DNA of 64,000 nt from Candidatus Marinacidobacterales bacterium (GTDB taxonomy: Bacteria > Acidobacteriota > Vicinamibacteria > Marinacidobacterales > DATDRI01). The notes beneath the pieces are model-generated. The model was not told the DNA's origin. It did no database searches and was given only the letters and a program-made list of their open reading frames with translations. The position numbers and the translations under genes were made by a program. The stretch lies in the NCBI GenBank assembly GCA_965226495.1, contig OZ245365.1, positions 3,552,001-3,616,000 on the forward strand, written 5' to 3'. Shown here piece after piece: positions 1 to 9,629 of the stretch (the stretch's first letter is position 1; the number at the start of each line of letters is the position of its first letter).

Positions 1-1
1 C

Positions 2-1078
2 TTCCAAGACAACTATGGCGATTACCCGTTTCCGAACTTGACGGTCGTCGATCCCCGACGAGGCGCCGGCGGTTCGGGAGGCATGGAGTACCCCACGCTC
101 ATCACCGCCGGAACGAGATACAAGATGCCCGCCGGCATACGCATGCTCGAGAGGGTGATCACGCACGAGTTCGGACACAACTTCTGGTACCACCTCCTCG
201 CCAGCAACGAGTTCGAGGAAGCGTGGATGGACGAGGGCATCAATACCTACACCGACGGGCAGGCCGTCGACGCTCACTACCAAGGCTACCTCATCGATTT
301 TCTCGGATTCAAGGTCACAGATGAAGACCTGAACCGAGTAAGCTATATCCAAAGCCCAAAAGCGGACCCCGTCTATCTGAAAGCCTGGCAGTCGTACGAC
401 CGCTCGAGCTACTGGGCAAACTCTTACTCCAAGCCGGGGCTAATCCTGAAAACGCTTCGAAATTATCTCGGCTCGGAGACGATGAACGAAGCCATGCGCG
501 CCTACGTCGAACGGTGGCGCTTCAAGCATCCCAAGACCGAGGACTTCATCGACGTGATCAACGACGTCACGGGACAGGATCTCCATTGGTACTTCGACCA
601 AGCGATCTATTCAAATGCAGTGCTCGACTACTCGGTAGCTTCGATGGAAAGCGAAGAGATCAAGGAGGTCGGATACGACCTCGACAAATCGGTCGAGGAG
701 GCATGGAGCCCGCCCGAGGACAACGAAGACGAAGACTCCGGGGTGGTGGACGAAGGGCAAGACGACACGCTTTACCGGAGCGAGATCAGAATTCGCCGGT
801 TGGGGGAGTTCAAATTCCCCACCGCGATCGAGATCGTCTTCGACGACGGCGAGACGATTCGAGAACAATGGGACGGACAGAACGCCTGGACGAAACTCAC
901 ATTCGTAAGACCAGCAAAACTCGAATCCGCCACCGTCGACCCGGACCGAAACGTGCCGCTCGACGTGAACTACACCAACAACAGCCACACGCTTGAGCCA
1001 CAGAAGCTCGGCATCACCAAGGTTGCGACGCGCTGGATGTTCTGGTGGCAATTCATCTTGGACTTCGTAAGCCTGTAG
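2..1078 (+). CDS. M1-family zinc metallo-aminopeptidase, C-terminal part (5' end outside window)
   Basis: GGMEY exopeptidase motif, HEFGH zinc motif followed by DEG third ligand, YSKP catalytic Tyr region; frame open from position 2. Confidence 0.9.
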   Translation, partial: FQDNYGDYPFPNLTVVDPRRGAGGSGGMEYPTLITAGTRYKMPAGIRMLERVITHEFGHNFWYHLLASNEFEEAWMDEGINTYTDGQAVDAHYQGYLIDFLGFKVTDEDLNRVSYIQSPKADPVYLKAWQSYDRSSYWANSYSKPGLILKTLRNYLGSETMNEAMRAYVERWRFKHPKTEDFIDVINDVTGQDLHWYFDQAIYSNAVLDYSVASMESEEIKEVGYDLDKSVEEAWSPPEDNEDEDSGVVDEGQDDTLYRSEIRIRRLGEFKFPTAIEIVFDDGETIREQWDGQNAWTKLTFVRPAKLESATVDPDRNVPLDVNYTNNSHTLEPQKLGITKVATRWMFWWQFILDFVSL

Positions 1079-1096
1079 GCATTCGAGGTACCCATC

Positions 1097-2026
1097 ATGA
1101 TCTGGAATTCTTTCAAATCTGGCCTATGCCAAGCGTGGTCCACGAAACGATTGGTAGCACTTCTATACTTGGCATCGGCGATTCTTGGACTCCTGATTGC
1201 CCTGCCGGTACGTGCGGTCCTATTGGACTTCGCGGGCCGCTCCCTGGAAGGTGCGGCGCTTGTCAACGGAGTCAGTACGGGTTTCTTCTTCGAGTTGCTG
1301 CTGCACAACGAGGCGGGCCTGGCAGGCCTGCGCACGCCTGCCCTCTTCGCCTCGGTTGCTTACCTGCTGGCGTCTCTCTTTCTGTCCGCAGGGGCGTTTG
1401 CGATCTTGGCGAGCGGCCAGGGATACAGCGCCACCAATTTCTGGGGAGGCGCCGCACGGTTTTTCGGGCGGTTCCTAAGATTGACCCTTTGGAGCTCGCT
1501 ACTCCTCGCAGCCCTCTACTTATTGCCTCTAGCCTCGCGCGGGTTGCAGCGACTCTTTTTCGGCAGCGATCCTTACGAGTACGTTTCCTATTGGGGAGCG
1601 TGGATCCGAGCCGGACTCCTGCTGATCGCCTTCTTCTTCTACCGAATCTGCTTCGACTACGCGCGCATCCACGCCGTCGTCACCGACGAGCGCAGAATGA
1701 GGGTCTCCCTATGGCGCGGGATCGGTTTTGCGTTGCGAAACCCCCTGCCGTCGATCGGACTCGCCCTGCTGGTCGCCCTCGTCGGAAGCGGCGCGTTACT
1801 AATCTACCGCCCGCTCTCAGTTGCGGTGGATGGCTCGACGGTTGCCGCGATCGTTGCAGCGGTGGGTTTGCAACAGGCTTACATCATTTGGCGTGCAGTG
1901 ATCCGGCTGACTCGTTACGGGAGCCAGATCACGCTGTTTCGCGAGTTGGCGGGGGATCTATCCGAGGCATCTGTAACTGAGCCGCCCGCACCGGCGACGG
2001 AACCGGTGATCGCGGAAGCGACCTGA
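1097..2026 (+). CDS. Multi-pass membrane protein, co-operonic with the M1 peptidase
   Basis: 309 aa, ~6 hydrophobic segments, GAGG upstream, 18 bp after the peptidase stop. Confidence 0.75.
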   Translation: MIWNSFKSGLCQAWSTKRLVALLYLASAILGLLIALPVRAVLLDFAGRSLEGAALVNGVSTGFFFELLLHNEAGLAGLRTPALFASVAYLLASLFLSAGAFAILASGQGYSATNFWGGAARFFGRFLRLTLWSSLLLAALYLLPLASRGLQRLFFGSDPYEYVSYWGAWIRAGLLLIAFFFYRICFDYARIHAVVTDERRMRVSLWRGIGFALRNPLPSIGLALLVALVGSGALLIYRPLSVAVDGSTVAAIVAAVGLQQAYIIWRAVIRLTRYGSQITLFRELAGDLSEASVTEPPAPATEPVIAEAT

Positions 2027-2029
2027 GTT

Positions 2030-3496
2030 TTAGGAACCGTCCGTTGCGGCGCTCCCAGTTTTGCCGAAACAATAGAGCGCACCGCGGGTGCGAAGGTAAA
2101 TACGCCCGTCGGCGATCGCGGGAGTCGCATAACACAGATCGTCCATATCGTTGACCGCCAGCACCTGTAATTTTCCGTCTGGCTTCATCACCGCCACCTT
2201 GCCCGACTCGCTCACGAAGAAGATCTTGCCATCCGCGGCGACCGGCGATGCGTAATAGCTATCGACAGCTTCTTTTATGCGACCCTGGGCGATCACCTCG
2301 CCCGTTTGCGGCCGGAACGAGGTCACGATCCCTCCATCGTTGATCATGTGAAGCACGTCTTGATAAATGACGGGCGAAGGAAGCTGCGGCACGGCGCGAT
2401 GGTATTGCCAGCGCATGTTTTTCTCCGACATATCGCCGCGGCCCCCGAGCGCAATCCCTAGGATGCCGTTTTTTGACGCGAGCGCCGCACGGTAGAAGTC
2501 CCATTCATCCTCGTCGAGGAAACCGTCGACGTTCAGGTCGGTAAAAAACGACATCCATCCCTTGGCCCGCGGATCTTCCTCTAGTTCTTCGGAAGTGAAC
2601 CGGCCGTCTCCGTCAGCATCCATTTTCGCCCGGGCTTCCTGGTAAGTCGCGACTTCCACCTGACTGCCGGGCTGGTTGAGCGGAGACCCGTAACCGTTGA
2701 CGTAGACAGTGTCTTGGTGCATGACCGGCGTGGACTTCATTTCGAAGGATAGGCCGCTCACCCACCAAATCTTCTCGCCGGTATCAACCGAATAAGCGGT
2801 CAACAGAAAAGAGCCAGGCACGAGGATCTGGCGGGAGCCGTCGTCGGCTTCGTAAAGGATGGGTGTCGAATGCCCGCTCTTGGCTTCGGGGCGCTCCGTC
2901 TTCCAAAGCGTGCGTCCGTCTTGTTTCGCCACCGCGATGAGAAACGATCCCGTCTGCTGATCGCAAACGAGAATCACCTTGTCATCCACAAGGATGGGAG
3001 ACACCCCCATCCCGTAAACATTATCGAATGGGCCCAACGGGAAACGCCATTGCTCGTTCCCGTCGAAGTCGTAAGAAAGCATGCCGTAGTCGGGAAAGAA
3101 TACGTAGACACCCTCACCGTCGGTGACCGGGCTGGGAGAAGCAGGATTATTGCGCTTGTCGAGCTTTTCTTCCCTTTCCCGCGGAGCTTGCCTCTGCCAT
3201 AGGACCTCCCCCGTCGAACGATCGAGAGAAATCGTGAGGAGATTGTCATCCTCGACCGCGGTCAGGAAAATGCGATTTGCCCAAAGAATCGGAGACGAAT
3301 GTCCAGGCGGAAGAGGCGTCTTCCAGACGACGTTTTGATCCGGTCCGAACTCGACCGGTAGCCCCTGGGTGTCCACAACACCCGAGCCATTCGGCCCGCG
3401 AAAACGCGACCACTCGTTCGCGTCTACGGTTGGGAACGCGCAAAACACCAAGAAGATGGGAATCGCGCTTGCCCGCGCGAGTTGCCTTACTTTCAT
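2030..3496 (-). CDS. Exported PQQ-binding-like beta-propeller protein with EF-hand-like insertion
   Basis: Signal peptide, WSRFRGPNG N-motif, repeated SSP/ASP..G..W blades; DADGDGRFTSEE and DLNVDGFLDEDE loops. Confidence 0.85.
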   Translation of the reverse strand: MKVRQLARASAIPIFLVFCAFPTVDANEWSRFRGPNGSGVVDTQGLPVEFGPDQNVVWKTPLPPGHSSPILWANRIFLTAVEDDNLLTISLDRSTGEVLWQRQAPREREEKLDKRNNPASPSPVTDGEGVYVFFPDYGMLSYDFDGNEQWRFPLGPFDNVYGMGVSPILVDDKVILVCDQQTGSFLIAVAKQDGRTLWKTERPEAKSGHSTPILYEADDGSRQILVPGSFLLTAYSVDTGEKIWWVSGLSFEMKSTPVMHQDTVYVNGYGSPLNQPGSQVEVATYQEARAKMDADGDGRFTSEELEEDPRAKGWMSFFTDLNVDGFLDEDEWDFYRAALASKNGILGIALGGRGDMSEKNMRWQYHRAVPQLPSPVIYQDVLHMINDGGIVTSFRPQTGEVIAQGRIKEAVDSYYASPVAADGKIFFVSESGKVAVMKPDGKLQVLAVNDMDDLCYATPAIADGRIYLRTRGALYCFGKTGSAATDGS

Positions 3497-3595
3497 CGTC
3501 GATCCTTTCCTCTCTGGTCCTTTTCGACCAAACTGAGGCAGCTAGTCAATCATAATTTGGCATAATTTGACAGCGTTTGGAATCGCGACGCCTCT

Positions 3596-5062
3596 TCAAT
3601 CGGAGAAGAACTTCTCGATCACCGATTCGCTCGGCGCACGGGTGGATAGCGACACCAGTACCAGGACCAACGAAGCCCCTAAGACGACTACCACCACGGG
3701 GAGTAGTCCGGTCTGACCAATCGTGTAGTCTCCCCCAGCGCCCAACGACTGGATAAAAAAATACGTCCACAATCCGGCCACGGTGACGATGGCCGCCATG
3801 ACGCCTTCCTTGGTGCTTCGTTTCCAAAAGAGCGCCGCCAGGACAATCGGGAACAACCCGCTGTATCCTGTTAACGACCACACACCCATGTTGAAAATGG
3901 AGCGGGTCGTGAAAAGCGACAGCAAGAACGCCGCCGCCAACAGGACCATGACAAACGATCGGCCAAACAGAACCTGCTGCCTTTCCGACAGTTTGTCGTG
4001 AAAGCCGTAGTGACGGACGATGTCCTGCGTAAACATCGTTCCGGCAGCCAGCGCCTGGGAATCGAGAGACGACATGATGGCGGCGAACACACCGGCTCCT
4101 AGGCACCCGGCGAGAACGCCGCCCGCATTGCCGAGGATGAGTTTTACGAGAATCGGACCGTCCAGTGGGGCCTGGTAGTCGATGTTGCCTACGACCCCGA
4201 GCATGACGCTGGGAACCCACACCGCCGCGACGCAAAGTGGGTAAAAGACAATGCTATAGCGAAACGATCTCGCCTCACGGGCCGATAGCCAGTGACTGAA
4301 GATATGCGGAAAGGCTCCCACCGAAAACGGAAGAAAAAGAAACGAGAACATGCGTACGTGAGTGGCCCGTTCGCTTCCGACCACGAGTAAAGACGGGTGC
4401 GTTGCACGGACCGACTCCATGGCACCCTGAAGGCCGCCGTATTTCCCCAAGATCACTAAGAAGGTGATGCCGCCCACGATCATGAAAACGAGCGTTTGGA
4501 ATGTGTTCGCCCATGCCGTGCTGCGCATGCCTCCATAGGTGACGTAAACGAAGACCACGCTGCAGATGAGCAAGCTGCCGATCCAGGAATCGACACCCTC
4601 TCCCGCTCCGCCGGTGATGGCTTGCAGCGCGTCGCCTCCTCCTTTCACGCCGATCAAAACGTATGGAAGCATGAGGGAAACCAACACGACGAAGAGCATC
4701 AGCCCCAAGGTATCGGACTCGTACCTTTCCCGAAAGAATTGAACCTGTGTCAGATACCCTTCCTTCTTACCCAGCCACCACAAGCGCGTCCCGACGAAGT
4801 AAAAAACCAATGGAAGCATTATTGCGGAGCTCGAACCCATCAAGGCGAAGACGATGATGCCTTCCCGATACGCTTGACCGGAAGCTCCCAACATCGTGAA
4901 GGCGGTCATGTTGGTTCCGAAAAGAGTCATCAACAGGACAAAAGGGCCAATGGTGCGGCTTGCCAAGAAGTAATCCTCGCCGGTGCCGCGGAATGAGCGA
5001 TGCGCCAGCATGCCAACGAACAGCACCAGAGTGAGGTAGGCGAGGATGACTCCGAGGATCAT
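3596..5062 (-). CDS. Sodium:solute symporter (SSS family)
   Basis: EDYFLASR, GGMRSTAW, AAIMSSLDSQ motifs; ~13 TM helices. Confidence 0.92.
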   Translation of the reverse strand: MILGVILAYLTLVLFVGMLAHRSFRGTGEDYFLASRTIGPFVLLMTLFGTNMTAFTMLGASGQAYREGIIVFALMGSSSAIMLPLVFYFVGTRLWWLGKKEGYLTQVQFFRERYESDTLGLMLFVVLVSLMLPYVLIGVKGGGDALQAITGGAGEGVDSWIGSLLICSVVFVYVTYGGMRSTAWANTFQTLVFMIVGGITFLVILGKYGGLQGAMESVRATHPSLLVVGSERATHVRMFSFLFLPFSVGAFPHIFSHWLSAREARSFRYSIVFYPLCVAAVWVPSVMLGVVGNIDYQAPLDGPILVKLILGNAGGVLAGCLGAGVFAAIMSSLDSQALAAGTMFTQDIVRHYGFHDKLSERQQVLFGRSFVMVLLAAAFLLSLFTTRSIFNMGVWSLTGYSGLFPIVLAALFWKRSTKEGVMAAIVTVAGLWTYFFIQSLGAGGDYTIGQTGLLPVVVVVLGASLVLVLVSLSTRAPSESVIEKFFSD

Positions 5063-5074
5063 GTGTCCCTAGCC

Positions 5075-5308
5075 CTATTTCTTGTCCAGATAGCGAGGCC
5101 ACGCACGCCTGACGACGAGGAGCATGCTGACCGACCAGAGCACGCTCAAAACGATGTGATAGAGGAGATTGACCGGAAGACCCCCGATGAGGCGATCGTC
5201 ACTCCAAAGCCAAGAGATTTGGTGTAGCGAGACCCCGACCGGTAGCAACAAGACGACCCAGAGGGGATAGCGTCGGGATTTCAAGAGTGTCCGCGAAGAT
5301 CTATCCAT
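5075..5308 (-). CDS. Small two-TM partner of the SSS transporter (DUF3311-like)
   Basis: 77 aa from ATG 5308, W..D..LIGGLP..LLY pattern, directly upstream of the symporter. Confidence 0.7.
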   Translation of the reverse strand: MDRSSRTLLKSRRYPLWVVLLLPVGVSLHQISWLWSDDRLIGGLPVNLLYHIVLSVLWSVSMLLVVRRAWPRYLDKK

Positions 5309-5616
5309 CGGCGGGAGAATGTGTCGAAGCCATAGAGGAGCGTGATGATAATTCGAGGCCCTGCAATGATGCAATGGGCGTGCGCCGAAGCCATGTGGAG
5401 GCGGGTGGGGCGAAGGGCGGGTCTAACGCTCCGGCTCTTCAGCGGGGCGCGCTTGCCGGTCGCGATTCATTCGGATCTCGCCCGCGAGATCGTGAACCGC
5501 CATGGCGTAGTAGGAGCTTCGATTGTAGCGGGTAATGACGTAGAAATTGTTCAACCCGAGCCAATACTGCGGACCGGCGCGAGTTCGCAGGCTAAACAGC
5601 ATGGCGCGCTCGCTGT

Positions 5617-7016
5617 GGTGATGTCTTAAGATTCCTGTCAAAGAAAAACGATGTATGGTTCCCCAAGCTCAAACCCGTCCCCGTCATGGGGACAGAAAAG
5701 GAGAACCATACATCATGGGAAAGGTACTACCGAGTCAGCGATTGCTCAAGCAGTTCGAGGAACAACTGGTATTTGGGGAGATGAATCTCTCGGAGATCGT
5801 CCGGTCGGGAGCTCAGATGATGCTTCAATATGCGTTGGAGCGCGAGGTGACGGAGGCGTTGGGTCGAAACTACTATGAGAACGCTCCGGCAACGACGAAG
5901 GAGAAGGGACGACGCAACGGGTATGAGTCGCATCGGGTCCTCACGGGCGAGGGAGCGGTGACGGTGCAAGTGCCGCGGGTACGAGAAACAGAGAAGGTGT
6001 TTCAGTCAAAGATTCTCGACGCCTACGTGAGCCGGACCGAGAAACTCGATGAACTGATCGCGCGGATGTACGTCCACGGGATGTCGACGCGTGACATTGA
6101 GGCGACGTTCGCGGACGTGCTGAGCGGCACGGGTGTCTCGAAGTCGGTGGTGAGCCGGGTCACACGGTGTCTGTCGGAGGATTTCGAGGCGTTTCGAAAA
6201 CGGGATCTCTCGAACGAGAAGCTGTTGTATCTCGAGCTCGACGGCACGTACCTGCGCTACCACCAAGGAGCGGAGAGGAAAGAGCCCATCCTCGTTGCGA
6301 CCGGCTATCGCGCTGATGGGACGCGAGTTCTTCTTCATATCGGTGTCGGCAACCGAGAATCCTACGAGAACTGGAAGGGGTTCTTGCAGGAGATGGTGGC
6401 CCGAGGAATGAGGGAGCCGTTGCTCATCGTGACGGACGGGAATCCTGGAGTGCTCAAAGCGATCGCAGAGGTCTTCCCTCGAAGCCTCAAGCAACGTTGC
6501 CAGAAGCACCGCCTCGAGAACATCCTGGGCAAGGCTCCGAAGGAAGTGCGCGACGAACTCAAGGCGGCCATCCTTGAGTCGTTCCATGCGAACAGCTACG
6601 AGCAAGGGCTGAAGAAGGGTCGGGAGGTGATCGCTCGGTACCGTCAACGATTCCCGAGCGCGATGAAGTGCATGGAAGAGACCCTCGAAGCGTGTCTTCA
6701 GGCGCTACGCCTTCCTGCGGCGCATCACAAAAGGCTTCGCACGTCGAATCTACTTGAGCGCACGTTCGGAGAGCACAAACGTCGCACAAAGGTCATTCCT
6801 CACTTCTTCACCGAGGAGGCCGCGATGAAACTCTCGTTCGCTGTGCTCTTGGCCGTCGCAAACAAATGGCGCGGCGTGAGGATGGATGTCTTCGCCGCTA
6901 GGAAAGTCGAGGAGCTTCGCAACGAGCTTCTCCCGCAAGGCACGTCGGAGGAATCAGCAGCTTAACCGAGCGCGGGGAACCGTACGGAGATTTGACAGGA
7001 AAATTAAGACTTGACC
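5617..7016 (+). mobile_element. Complete IS256-family insertion sequence (1400 bp)
   Basis: IRL 5617-5642 GGTGATGTCTTAAGATTCCTGTCAAA vs reverse complement of IRR 6991-7016 GGTCAAGTCTTAATTTTCCTGTCAAA (22/26); 8-bp direct repeat CTCGCTGT at 5609-5616 and 7017-7024. Confidence 0.95.
5655..6965 (+). CDS. IS256-family (Mutator) DDE transposase
   Basis: [30 protein letters not shown] motifs; alternative start ATG 5715 after GGAG. Confidence 0.95.
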   Translation: MVPQAQTRPRHGDRKGEPYIMGKVLPSQRLLKQFEEQLVFGEMNLSEIVRSGAQMMLQYALEREVTEALGRNYYENAPATTKEKGRRNGYESHRVLTGEGAVTVQVPRVRETEKVFQSKILDAYVSRTEKLDELIARMYVHGMSTRDIEATFADVLSGTGVSKSVVSRVTRCLSEDFEAFRKRDLSNEKLLYLELDGTYLRYHQGAERKEPILVATGYRADGTRVLLHIGVGNRESYENWKGFLQEMVARGMREPLLIVTDGNPGVLKAIAEVFPRSLKQRCQKHRLENILGKAPKEVRDELKAAILESFHANSYEQGLKKGREVIARYRQRFPSAMKCMEETLEACLQALRLPAAHHKRLRTSNLLERTFGEHKRRTKVIPHFFTEEAAMKLSFAVLLAVANKWRGVRMDVFAARKVEELRNELLPQGTSEESAA

Positions 7017-8117
7017 CTCGCTGTTCGGAACGTCCTCGGCCGGCGTCACTCCTAGCCACTTCCATTGGGCTACCACGTGATCGAGCTCCAGGCTGGAGTT
7101 TACGTATGCTTCATAGTGCTCTCCGCTAACTTGCGCTCTAACCACCAACGGTTCGCCGGCCAACCAGCCGTGTCGCTTGAGATAGTTTGCTACGCTTCCG
7201 ATGGCATCGTCGACGTTCTGGAACAAGTCTCTCCGGCCATCTCCGTCGAAATCGACCGCAAAGTAACGGTAGCTACCCGGCATGAACTGCGCGATACCCA
7301 TGGCGCCCGCATAGGAACCCCGTGCGTTAAACGCCCCAACGACCTCCTCTTCACGAGTGAGGAGAAGGTATTGCTCCAGCTCGGAGCTAAAGAAATCGGC
7401 GCGTGGAGGGTAGTCGAATGCGAGCGTCGTGAGAGCGTCGAGCACACGGAACGAGCCTGTGTTTTTCCCGTAATGCGTTTCGATTCCGAGGATAGAGATG
7501 ATGAGCTCCTCCGGGACCCCGAATTCGCGCCTCGCCTTCGCCAAAACCTCGGAGTGTTCGTTCCAAAACCGTACTCCGCCTTCCACTCGGGCGGGATTGA
7601 CGAACATCGGTCGGTAGTCGTCCCATGGCTTGCGCTTGGTGGCCTTGGACATCGCCTTGATGATGCGCGGCTGATGGGTCGCGCGGGCGAACAGAGTCTC
7701 GAGGGCGGCGGCATCGAAGCCGTGTTTCGAAGCCATCGCATCGATGAACAGCTTGAGCTCGGGGTTGCCGGTGTAGGTTTTCTTGGGTGTGCGTGCCAAT
7801 GCCAACGAGGCGATGCCGAAAATGACCAAGAGACCAAGCCCGAGCGGGACGAGTCGGCCCCGACCCTGGGCGAGGCGCCACGCCCTAAATCGTTGACGTG
7901 TCGCCTCTTGCCCGGAACTGGCTCTTTTCGACATCTTCATCACTTACGCATTCACACCACGTGCCAGGCACTTGGGGACTACAGTCCGTCCTCGGCGTTC
8001 CGAGAACCCCATTGAAGAGCGACCACTCGCAACAGCTGGGGCTGCCACAACCTCGGGATGGAAGAGATTATAACCGAGTGGCGTCTTACTTGGTAGATAG
8101 CAGCGACCTTGCCGAGG

Positions 8118-9506
8118 TCAATCGCCGGCAGAAGCCTCGATGCAGTAGAGGTGTTTCTCGCTGCGGATGAATATCTTGCCTCCGGCAATGGCGGGAGAGG
8201 CCCAGATCGACTCGTCGATGGAGTTCACGGCTAGCACCTCATGAACCGGCCCGCCCCTCACGACGAAGACGTCGCCATCCTCGCTCGCCAGCAGGATGTG
8301 CCCCTGGAACCCGACGGGCGAAGCTTTGAACATGCTGGGTACGGGAACTCTTCCGCCCTCGTAAACGATCTTGCCGCTGACGGCATCGATGCCAGTGAGA
8401 ATCCCTTTGTCCGACACGAGGTAGAGATAATCTCCATAGAGGAGATTGGATGGAACGTAGGCGGTTCCTTTCTCATATTCCCAGACTACTTTGGTAGTTC
8501 CGGTCAGGTCACCTGAACCGCCAAGCTTGATGGCTTTTGTAATCTTCCGAGGGTATCCGGCCGTAACGAAGACCATCCCGTGGCCTGCCACAGGAGTGTG
8601 AATGGCATTGCTCTCGACACCCTTGACACGCCAGAGCTCTTTGCCGCTATCGGGGTCGTAGGAAATGATCGCCTCGTTGCCGTTCGTAACCAGTTCGGTG
8701 CGGCCTTCGTCTTCGATGAGGAGCGGTGTCGAAAAGCTCGCCTGAACCCCACGAGGAACTCGCCACACCTCGTCGCCGGTCCCCTTATCCAGCGCGGTGA
8801 TGAACGAGCGCTCGCCATTGTTCTCGTCGACCTGAAGGATAACCATGTTCCGATAGAGAATCGGAGAAGTTCCGACGCCCATTCCAAAGGTAGCGACTCC
8901 GCCCAAATGCCTCTTCCAAACGAGGTTTCCATTCAAGTCGTAGCAATAGAGTCCCTCTGAGCCGAAATAAACGTACACCAGACGCCCGTCGGTAGCCGGC
9001 GTGGGAGACGCGTAGGAGCTCATCCTATGTCGATCGTCGTAGACGGTTCCTTCATAGGCGACTCGTTCCCACCGGACCTTCCCCGTCTCGGCGTCTAGGC
9101 AGAACACCTTGAAGGTATGACTATGGGTGGCGCCCACGCTGTCGGGATGGAGGAACACTTCGCCGTTCTCGATATGAACGACGGGCTTCGCTCCCGGGAC
9201 CACGGGACCTTCGATAGCGGTCGTCACGAACACGTCGTCCCCCCATACGGCCGGAGAGGAGTGTCCTCGCCCCTCGATGGCTGCCGCCCACCGAACGTTC
9301 GCCCTCTTACTCCACTCGATAGGTAGCCCTGCTTCAGACGAGATGCCCTGACCTCCGGGCCCCCGCCACTGAGGCCAGTTGGTCTCCTCCGCCGGGACGG
9401 CACCCGGCAGAAGAAGCGTCGAAAGAACTAGCATGAATGCCAGCTGGAGGTTTTCTCGAGACGTCATTCGCTCTCTTCTCATCACTTCTGTCCCCGTGGC
9501 CACCAT
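8118..9506 (-). CDS. Exported PQQ-binding-like beta-propeller protein
   Basis: Signal peptide, [34 protein letters not shown]; true start may be a few codons downstream. Confidence 0.87.
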   Translation of the reverse strand: MVATGTEVMRRERMTSRENLQLAFMLVLSTLLLPGAVPAEETNWPQWRGPGGQGISSEAGLPIEWSKRANVRWAAAIEGRGHSSPAVWGDDVFVTTAIEGPVVPGAKPVVHIENGEVFLHPDSVGATHSHTFKVFCLDAETGKVRWERVAYEGTVYDDRHRMSSYASPTPATDGRLVYVYFGSEGLYCYDLNGNLVWKRHLGGVATFGMGVGTSPILYRNMVILQVDENNGERSFITALDKGTGDEVWRVPRGVQASFSTPLLIEDEGRTELVTNGNEAIISYDPDSGKELWRVKGVESNAIHTPVAGHGMVFVTAGYPRKITKAIKLGGSGDLTGTTKVVWEYEKGTAYVPSNLLYGDYLYLVSDKGILTGIDAVSGKIVYEGGRVPVPSMFKASPVGFQGHILLASEDGDVFVVRGGPVHEVLAVNSIDESIWASPAIAGGKIFIRSEKHLYCIEASAGD

Positions 9507-9629
9507 GGGGAGGTTTGCTTGACGCGTCCGCTCGCGGCATTATATCGTCGTCGGCCTATGTTCTTCGAGCTTAGAGACTAACACCGTGGCAAGGCCCTCC
9601 GACCCTCTCCTAAAGGCATCCGAGCAAAG

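Larger units (their letters stand above)
5423..7943 (-). pseudogene. mltB: Lytic murein transglycosylase B interrupted by IS256
   Basis: N-part has GIETHYG, GSYAGAMGIAQFMP, DFDGDG; C-part has [18 protein letters not shown]. Removing 5617-7024 rejoins ...EDVPNSE|RAMLFSL... in frame. Confidence 0.92.

Noticed and set aside
7065-8015. Long antisense ORFs (also 24686-25672, 29304-30179 and similar)
   Set aside because: Shadows or alternate frames of well-supported genes in GC-rich DNA; no motifs.
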